The translations under genes were made by a program, and so were the position numbers. From contig CAXVYR010000003.1 of NCBI GenBank assembly GCA_963666975.2, forward strand, positions 928,001 to 992,000: 64,000 bases of DNA, given 5' to 3'. Origin of the DNA: Terriglobia bacterium (GTDB lineage: Bacteria; Acidobacteriota; Terriglobia; 2-12-FULL-54-10). The notes beneath the pieces are model-generated. The model was not told where the DNA came from and searched no databases. It worked only from the letters and a program-made list of their open reading frames with translations. Positions 57,496 to 64,000 of the stretch are shown here, in pieces. Numbering within the stretch: the first letter of the stretch is position 1; the number at the start of each line of letters is the position of its first letter.

Positions 57496-59486
57496 TACCG
57501 ATTCTCCGAATTTACAAGCTGGCGCTCAGGCTCCCTGACAGCGCTTGCCGCCGGGTGCGCAGCGGTGACGCTTTGATTGCAAACCGTGTGCAAACCCTGC
57601 GCCGCCAGCCGCTGGCAGAAATCCCAATCCGCCCACTGCCCCGCCGCATCCGGATATTCCCTGAAAAATCCCACCTGCTGAAAGACACTGCGCCGGAGGA
57701 GCACACAGACCCAGGGAAGCGCATCGACTTCCAGCCATTCCGGCTGGGAGTGCCAGCAGACACCGTTGTCGGAGTTCCATTGCGCGGTGCCTTCTTTCCC
57801 AATCAGCAGACCCCGGATCAAAGCACCCCCATCGGGGCTGACAACCTGCGGTCCTACCTGGGCCGTACCCTCATCAAAGGTCTCCAGCAGCCGGTCAAGC
57901 CAATCAGGAAGGAGCATTCTGCATTCGCTGTCCATCAAACAAATAAAATCCGCCTGGCTGCTTCGAATCGCTGTATTGATCCGCTCCAGTTGACCGGGAC
58001 CTTTCGGAATCGGAACCATGCGTATCCGGCCAGTCCGCCCAATGAAATTCGATTGCTGGAAAAAAAACCGGGTAGATTGTTCCGAACCAAGATACAAGAG
58101 GTCCACGTGCTGTTTTGTCTTCGGGAAGCGAGTGGCGCGACCTATCTGTTTCGAAAGATAAGCTCGCAATCGCGTGCGCAACAAAAGTTCAGCCCCTGAC
58201 AGCAGCCGAAGCGAAAAGAATCCAAGATGCAAGAGCCGAAGAGGCATCCATCTTCCCGCCGTCCCAGCGACAATTTGGAACGATAAACGATCCCGCAGCC
58301 GCCACAGGAAGTGCTGGTAAAGCGTCCGCACGTCGCGAGCAGGAAACCCATCCGCTTGCTCATTGTATATCTGCCGCCGCGAAAGCGGCAGCAGCCATGC
58401 CAGCAGCTTCATCCGGCGATACGGCTCATTCGTACAGGGAATAATCCAACACTGGAAATCTCCGTACGCTCTGCCGAGTTTCCAGGTTTGGAGAAAAGCA
58501 GAAAGGACACCCGGCCTAAGGATTGTGAACGAATCGAACAGGCTACTTGCAGGTTCCAGTAAAGCAGGGGGCAAAAGACCATGCAGTTTCGCCTCCGGAA
58601 AGCGGTTGCGCAGTACGGGAACGATCTGCTTCAAATAGAAAGCCGAGGCGGAGCCCACCACGCCCACCGGTAATATCCGTCGGAGCAATTCCTGATTGTT
58701 GCGCTTCCTCCAGCGCCAGTGGCGAATTAGCAACCGCAGATTGCGCCCATGAAAAGCGTCGATCTGTTCGTTATAGATTTCCACGTTCCAAAGCGGAAGC
58801 CACCATGCCAGCCACTTCAGGCCGGTAAATTTTTCATTCGTGGCGGCCAGGACTACTCTCTGAAAGCGTCCCTTGCCGACACATTGCGGCAACAACCGGA
58901 GGTAAGCAAATGGCACGGGCTGGTTCAGCAGTACGAACGAATCAAATAATTCAGCCAATTCAGCCGGAGCGATGCTGGTCACAGGCGGAAGCACTCCGTG
59001 AACACGGGCTTCCGGAAAACGGCGGCGCACGCTGGCAACAATCGAGCGCAGGCGTGACGGAGACGCCGATCCCATGACGCAGACAGGCCCCTTTGCAGCC
59101 AGAAGCCGCTTGATCCAAACCCACAGCAATCTGCCCGGACCGCACGAGACGCGAGTGCCGTTTTCCGCAGAAAAAGTCACCTTGCCCCGCAGCGTCAGCG
59201 CCAAGAATTTCAAAAATCGAAAACGCTGCCGGGAAGTCAAGCAAATGATTTCCGCATGGGGGGAAAGCCCCAGGAACTTCAGCAGACGCAACCACAAAAC
59301 CGGGGCGGAACGCGCCTGATAAAAGAGCGTCTGTTCGGGCCGTAGCGAAGCAAACTCACCCAGTTGCCCGGCGAAGCCGGCACCCAAAACCACTCGCAGC
59401 GAAGCGCCGTTCTTGTTGAGGCCTAATCGCTTCAGGTCAGCGGAGACCTCAGCCAGCGTGCCTGTGGCAAAGTAGACAACTTTCAT
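57492..59486 (-). CDS. protein with three tandem unknown modules and a degenerate GT2 domain
   Basis: repeated GSAS..RFPEA..HG.LPP..LFDSF..TNE..LAW.LPL...IYNEQ.D; C-terminal INTAI..ADFICLMDSE..VGP..DWDFC.RL. Confidence 0.65.
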   Translation of the reverse strand: MKVVYFATGTLAEVSADLKRLGLNKNGASLRVVLGAGFAGQLGEFASLRPEQTLFYQARSAPVLWLRLLKFLGLSPHAEIICLTSRQRFRFLKFLALTLRGKVTFSAENGTRVSCGPGRLLWVWIKRLLAAKGPVCVMGSASPSRLRSIVASVRRRFPEARVHGVLPPVTSIAPAELAELFDSFVLLNQPVPFAYLRLLPQCVGKGRFQRVVLAATNEKFTGLKWLAWWLPLWNVEIYNEQIDAFHGRNLRLLIRHWRWRKRNNQELLRRILPVGVVGSASAFYLKQIVPVLRNRFPEAKLHGLLPPALLEPASSLFDSFTILRPGVLSAFLQTWKLGRAYGDFQCWIIPCTNEPYRRMKLLAWLLPLSRRQIYNEQADGFPARDVRTLYQHFLWRLRDRLSFQIVAGTAGRWMPLRLLHLGFFSLRLLSGAELLLRTRLRAYLSKQIGRATRFPKTKQHVDLLYLGSEQSTRFFFQQSNFIGRTGRIRMVPIPKGPGQLERINTAIRSSQADFICLMDSECRMLLPDWLDRLLETFDEGTAQVGPQVVSPDGGALIRGLLIGKEGTAQWNSDNGVCWHSQPEWLEVDALPWVCVLLRRSVFQQVGFFREYPDAAGQWADWDFCQRLAAQGLHTVCNQSVTAAHPAASAVREPERQLVNSENRY

Positions 59487-59528
59487 ATTGCTTGCCCCGG
59501 AAATTGAGAACCTCTACTTTATAACACT

Positions 59529-60722
59529 CTAGGAGGGTTGGCGGCAGCCCTCTAAAAATTGAAGATACCGCGACTGGATTCGCGGGCCTATTCTTTGCAA
59601 GCTAAAGGCGTTTTCCACTACAATCCGCGCCGACTCCCGTATGCGGCCCCAATATCCATCGTCGCGAAGCAGGCGGACAACGGCCGCCGCCGATTCGGCA
59701 GGAGTGTCGCGAATTACTACGTGGTGGTCCGGAAGCAGCCCAAGCCCCAGCGGAGCAAACGAATTGCAAACCACCGGCACGCCAGCCGCCATCGCTTCAA
59801 TGATCTTGGTGCGAATCCCTCCTCCGCTGTTTATGGGAGCGACATAGACACGGCTTTGCTGATAGACATCCCGCAGGTCCTCCACATAACCGCGATAATC
59901 CACGTCATGGTCATGCAACAGACCCTTGATGAAATTTGAAGCTCCTTCTCCAACGACCACCAACCTGACTTCCGGCTCCTGGTTGCGGATCAGGGGCAAC
60001 TCCTCGCGCACGAAATAAGAAAGCGCTTCCTCGTTGGGTGTATGCGGCAGAAACCCTACAAAGAGTATCTGCGGCTGCTGAGGAGGAGCGACAGCCGGAC
60101 GGAACTGCTCGCAATCCATCAACATAAAAGGCAGCGCTTCGGCCCTCGCTCTCGGCGCCAGCTCCAGCGCGCGGCGGCGCTCCTCCTCGGAAGTAACCAA
60201 GACCCAGTCGAAGCTTTCGAGCGTCCGCCGATTGTGCCGCACGGAGTCCAGGGACCAGAACAGGTGCCCCAGACGCGTGCGCCATCCTTGCGTGCGCTGC
60301 CAGTTCAGATAGTAGTGCCACCACTCCTGGACGTGGGCGCGAACGATCCGGGGACAGCGGGCCTTGGCGGCATAATCCGCCATTCCCAGGTACTCCGCCT
60401 GCACCAAGTCCGGGCGCTCCTCTTCCAGGATACGGTCTACCTCCCGGTGCATGTCATCACTTTCGAGATTTGAAAATAAAAACGGGGTCCCGGAAAATGC
60501 ATCCAACCGGCGCGCGGGAGGCGTCTTAAAGAGCACTGCTTTCCGGCACAGTGCGTTGAGGCCGGTTTGCGCCTGGCGCAGGAACCGTTCCGGGCAAAAA
60601 CCGACATAGAAAATGTCAAAAACCTCGCGCAAAGCTCGTATATAGCCATAGATAGTGCTCCCCGCCCCGTGATGCACGGGGTAAGGCGTTACGGGCGAGA
60701 TGATGAGGATGCGAGGTTTCAT
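59529..60722 (-). CDS. GT4 glycosyltransferase
   Basis: PYP...G, FVG....PN, GYVEDL, VAPI.SGGG.RTKIIEAMAAGVPVV. Confidence 0.9.
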   Translation of the reverse strand: MKPRILIISPVTPYPVHHGAGSTIYGYIRALREVFDIFYVGFCPERFLRQAQTGLNALCRKAVLFKTPPARRLDAFSGTPFLFSNLESDDMHREVDRILEEERPDLVQAEYLGMADYAAKARCPRIVRAHVQEWWHYYLNWQRTQGWRTRLGHLFWSLDSVRHNRRTLESFDWVLVTSEEERRRALELAPRARAEALPFMLMDCEQFRPAVAPPQQPQILFVGFLPHTPNEEALSYFVREELPLIRNQEPEVRLVVVGEGASNFIKGLLHDHDVDYRGYVEDLRDVYQQSRVYVAPINSGGGIRTKIIEAMAAGVPVVCNSFAPLGLGLLPDHHVVIRDTPAESAAAVVRLLRDDGYWGRIRESARIVVENAFSLQRIGPRIQSRYLQFLEGCRQPS

Positions 60723-60734
60723 TCTGTTACTTGA

Positions 60735-60956
60735 TTAGCTCAATTCAATAAATTCATTCACGCTCAGAGCAGCCTGTTTAATGATGGCTCGCAAGGTTCC
60801 CCTGTCCAATTCTTTATGGTCCGGGACGACCACTTGAGCAAAGGGATTGTCGCGACGCAGAACCATATGGCTGCCTTCCTGCCGCTTGAGGTAAAAGCCT
60901 GCTTTTCGTAACGCTGTAGCACACTCGCGGCCAGAAATCCTCGGCAGTTTGCTCAT
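60735..60956 (-). CDS. hicA: HicA toxin
   Basis: LPRISGRE...AL.KAGF...RQEGSH, VVVPDH.EL..GTLRAIIKQA. Confidence 0.92.
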   Translation of the reverse strand: MSKLPRISGRECATALRKAGFYLKRQEGSHMVLRRDNPFAQVVVPDHKELDRGTLRAIIKQAALSVNEFIELS

Positions 60957-61159
60957 ACAGCCACTATCAACGTTTCGAAACGCTCTTCTGGAACAGGAAG
61001 GTTGTCTTCTTCTAATGCCGCAATGTATCCTCGAAGCGCCTCTTTGATGTTGGCAATGGCCTCTTCCTTGGTCTTTCCTTGACTGATACAACCCGGCAGG
61101 CTGGGACACTCAACCACCCAGTATCCATCCTCTCCAGGGTAAAGAACTACTTGTCTCAT
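60953..61159 (-). CDS. hicB: short HicB antitoxin
   Basis: EDGYWVVECPSLPGCISQGKTKEEAIANIKEA; ATGA-type overlap with hicA. Confidence 0.92.
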   Translation of the reverse strand: MRQVVLYPGEDGYWVVECPSLPGCISQGKTKEEAIANIKEALRGYIAALEEDNLPVPEERFETLIVAV

Positions 61160-61173
61160 CTTGCCACCTTTAT

Positions 61174-62043
61174 TCAGGCCACCGGCATCGTCTGGCGAAG
61201 TTGAAAATATTCTTCGAGCGCCTCTTTCCAGTGCGGCAGCGGGGCGAGCCCCATCTGCTCCAACCGCTGGCTGCCAAGAACAGAATTAGTCGGACGTTTC
61301 GCGGCTCGGCCTGCCGTCACCGAATCAATGGGTATAACCTCAACGTCATTTGGAAGCTTTCCTACAATCGAGCGCGCAAACTCATGCCAACTGCACCGCC
61401 CGCTTCCTGCGACATTCAGGATGCCGGTTGCAGAAGTCCCGGCCAGCTCGGCAATCTTCTGTGCCAAGTGCGCCGTCCATGTGGGACATCCAACTTGATC
61501 GGCCACCACTTCGAGCTTCGGGCGGGACCCTGCGGCGGCTACGATCTTCTCTACAAAGTTAGCGCCGTTGATCCCGTAAAGCCACGAGGTGCGAATGGAA
61601 AGGTGCTTTGGGGTTCTCGTTCCCCTGCCCTGTTCCAGAGTTCTCTGTTCTCCCTCCAGCTTGCTGCGGCCATATATGTTGACCGGGTTCGTCGGGTCCT
61701 GTTCGTTATAGGGACTTTTTTTTGTGCCGTCAAACACGTAATCCGTGCTGATGTAAAAGACGCGAGCGCCCACCTGATCAGCGGCGCGTATGACATTCGC
61801 TGCGCCTTGCGCGTTCACCGCAAAGGCCAGCTTGGAATCCCGCTCACATCCGTCCACATCCGTGTAGGCAGCGCAATGGACCACCCATTCCGGCTGCCAA
61901 TCTCGAAACAAGCGGCTGACCTCTTCCTCGGCTGTGACATCGCAGGCCGAACGGTCTAGCGGCAAAACTTCGTGGTCCAGATGTAAGGCGGGCACCAAGT
62001 CCTTGCCCAACATTCCGCCCGCTCCTGTGATCAAGACGCGCAT
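61174..62043 (-). CDS. rfbD: dTDP-4-dehydrorhamnose reductase
   Basis: GAGGMLG, HCAAYTDVD, YISTDYVFDG, YGRSKLEGE, DQ.GCPT. Confidence 0.95.
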   Translation of the reverse strand: MRVLITGAGGMLGKDLVPALHLDHEVLPLDRSACDVTAEEEVSRLFRDWQPEWVVHCAAYTDVDGCERDSKLAFAVNAQGAANVIRAADQVGARVFYISTDYVFDGTKKSPYNEQDPTNPVNIYGRSKLEGEQRTLEQGRGTRTPKHLSIRTSWLYGINGANFVEKIVAAAGSRPKLEVVADQVGCPTWTAHLAQKIAELAGTSATGILNVAGSGRCSWHEFARSIVGKLPNDVEVIPIDSVTAGRAAKRPTNSVLGSQRLEQMGLAPLPHWKEALEEYFQLRQTMPVA

Positions 62044-62284
62044 GAGGCTATCGCTAACAGTTGCCGCTGCTTGCCGACGAAAACCCGTGAACACGCAACT
62101 TGAAAGCGCAAAAAATTAAAGTCACAACGGCCGAGAGCAGCACGGCCCTCGATACACTGACCTCTCTGATTTGCCAAGGCTCTCAGTATAGCGGGAATAT
62201 GCCATTGGTGGAAGGAGACTTAGGAGAGTGGAGCGTTGTGGATTCCGCCCAGGCGGTCAAAAACCGAGCCTTCCCGCGAATCGT

Positions 62285-63298
62285 TCAACTGTCTTCTGAG
62301 GAACGAAATGCCGCCAGGTAGGATTCCTTCTCATCCGGCATCAGAAAGGCTGCCCGGAAGGAAGCCTCCGCCAGGCGTGTGAGTTCTTCTCTGCTGAAAC
62401 CGAAGACTTCATGGGCCAGCAGATACTCCCGGTTCAGGTGGGTTTCAAACAAAGCCGGGTCGTCCGTATTGAGCGATAGCAGCAGGCCCTGGTTAAAATA
62501 GTGCCGTAGCGGGTGCGTGGAAAGCTCCGGGAGACACCCTGTGCGAACATTGCTGGTCATGCAGATATCGACCGGAATTTGGCGTGCGGCGAGATGCTCC
62601 ACCAGGCGGGGATCGCGCGCTGCCGTGAAGCCGTGACTGATGCGTTCCGCGCCGAGAGCATCGAGGGCGCCCCACACGGATACCGGCCCTGCTGTCTCGC
62701 CGGCATGGGCCGTCAGGCGCAGGCCCTGCTTCCGGGCGTTGTCGAAGACGCCGCGGAAAAGTTCCGGAGCGCCCCTTTGTTCATCGCCCCCAATGCCGAT
62801 CCCGACGACGCCACGGTCCTGCAACCGAACCGCTTCCCGCAAGACGGCTTCCGCCGATTCCAGACCGAATTGCCGCACCGTGTCAAAAATCCATTTCACT
62901 CGGATGCCGAAATCTTCCTGAGCCCGCCGGGCGCCCGCCTCCATCCCCTCAAAACTGCCGAGCAGGTTCTCACCCTTCCACAGGACCACCCCGGCCGAAA
63001 GCGTGACCTCCGCGTACCGCACGTTCTGTTGCGCAAGCCGGCTGAGGGCTTTGTGGGTGATGAACTCGTAGTCCTCCGGCGTCTGCAGCAGTTCGCAAAC
63101 CGCCCGGAAAGCCTGCAAGAAGGCACCGAAATCGCGAGTGGCGTACAGCTCGCGCACCTGTTCCCCGCCCCCGTCAGCCAGAGGGGAGCGATGCCGGCGC
63201 GCCAACTCGAGTAGCGTCTCCGGCTCCACAGACCCCTCCAAATGCACATGCAGCTCTGCTTTGGGAAGCCTGGCAATAAATTCTTCTATAGAGGACAC
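62285..63298 (-). CDS. add: adenosine deaminase
   Basis: PKAELHVHLEGS, HAGE, AERISHG, SLNTDDP. Confidence 0.92.
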   Translation of the reverse strand: MSSIEEFIARLPKAELHVHLEGSVEPETLLELARRHRSPLADGGGEQVRELYATRDFGAFLQAFRAVCELLQTPEDYEFITHKALSRLAQQNVRYAEVTLSAGVVLWKGENLLGSFEGMEAGARRAQEDFGIRVKWIFDTVRQFGLESAEAVLREAVRLQDRGVVGIGIGGDEQRGAPELFRGVFDNARKQGLRLTAHAGETAGPVSVWGALDALGAERISHGFTAARDPRLVEHLAARQIPVDICMTSNVRTGCLPELSTHPLRHYFNQGLLLSLNTDDPALFETHLNREYLLAHEVFGFSREELTRLAEASFRAAFLMPDEKESYLAAFRSSEDS

Positions 63299-63336
63299 GA
63301 TGCTGAATTTTTCTCCTGCAGAAATAGTCGGAGAGA

Positions 63337-63887
63337 CTACGAGGTGGCGAACTCGCTATGACGGCGGCTGTAGACCCAATATATGACCATCCTCACGCCG
63401 AGCCATACAAAGAAACGCGACCCAGTCAGCACGACAAACTGGCCATCAAGGTGAGGTCGGCGCAAGGCAGCACGGGTCCCAGGGCACGTGGCTGTAGGCG
63501 TATGTGCAGGCGCTGCCTGCAACGGGAATCCGGGAAGCCCGTTCCGCATAGCAAAGCGCTGCCAGCCCGCAAGCGATGGCGGTGAGAAGGAAGGAAAGGG
63601 CAATGGCAGGACCCGCGCCGGGCCGCCCGGACCTCCCTGCCGCCTCGCTCCCGTGGAGGATCACGCTCAGGAGAGGAGCGTGGAGAAGGGATACCACTTG
63701 CAGCGTCTCGCCGACGGCAGCCCTACCGCTGAGAACGAAGATGCCCGCCCCAATGACAGCACCGAGGGCGGTTAAGCTCCACGGACCCAGAGATCTTCCG
63801 AGGCGATATAGCGGACCCGCAGACTCGGCAATGAGTTTGTCAATTCTCTTGGTCCGCGCTCTTGGTCCGCAGCAGATGGCTGCCCAT
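63337..63887 (-). pseudogene. decayed APC-family amino-acid permease
   Basis: LGPWSLTALG..IGAGIFV, AGPAIALSF..CGLAALCYAE..IPVAGS..TYAY in several frames; local GCGGACCAAGAG duplication; truncated. Confidence 0.8.
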
Positions 63888-64000
63888 TGCAGTCCTTCAC
63901 CAGAGATTGAATCACTGTGCGGATGCCCAGCAAAGTTCTTCCTTATGGCGTGCGGGAGCTATAGCTGCTTGCGGCAACCGTTAGCGCCGCGACTGGCCCC

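Overview
Bacterial chromosomal window, probably Acidobacteriota (inferred from a Solibacter-type C-terminal-domain remnant and the gene repertoire). Bases 1-18.9 kb hold an intact, co-directional siphovirus/GTA-like morphogenesis operon: DUF2190-like head protein, neck proteins, tail tube, chaperones, a short 434-aa tape measure, Dit-, hub- and tip-like genes, a glycan-active tail appendage and fibre-like genes. Unusually, four of its last five genes encode Sec-type signal peptides. No lysis or integrase gene follows it within the window, and most gene junctions carry 9-nt-periodic hairpin repeats, two of which encode part of the signal peptides. Bases 19-41 kb are an accessory region: UbiD-family decarboxylase, two exported amidohydrolases, a frameshifted multi-PAS hybrid kinase, a complete IS1595/IS1016-type element, GGDEF, AsmA and several gene remnants. 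It also holds a beta-propeller gene split by one in-frame TGA in mid-blade with a SECIS-like hairpin, a candidate new selenoprotein. Bases 41.6-64 kb are housekeeping and cell-envelope genes: pckA, an epimerase, dnaE, accA, a Wzm/Wzt glycan cluster containing hicBA, rfbD, add and a decayed amino-acid permease. No tRNA, rRNA or CRISPR array was seen. All product calls are by-eye motif recognition; no searches were run.
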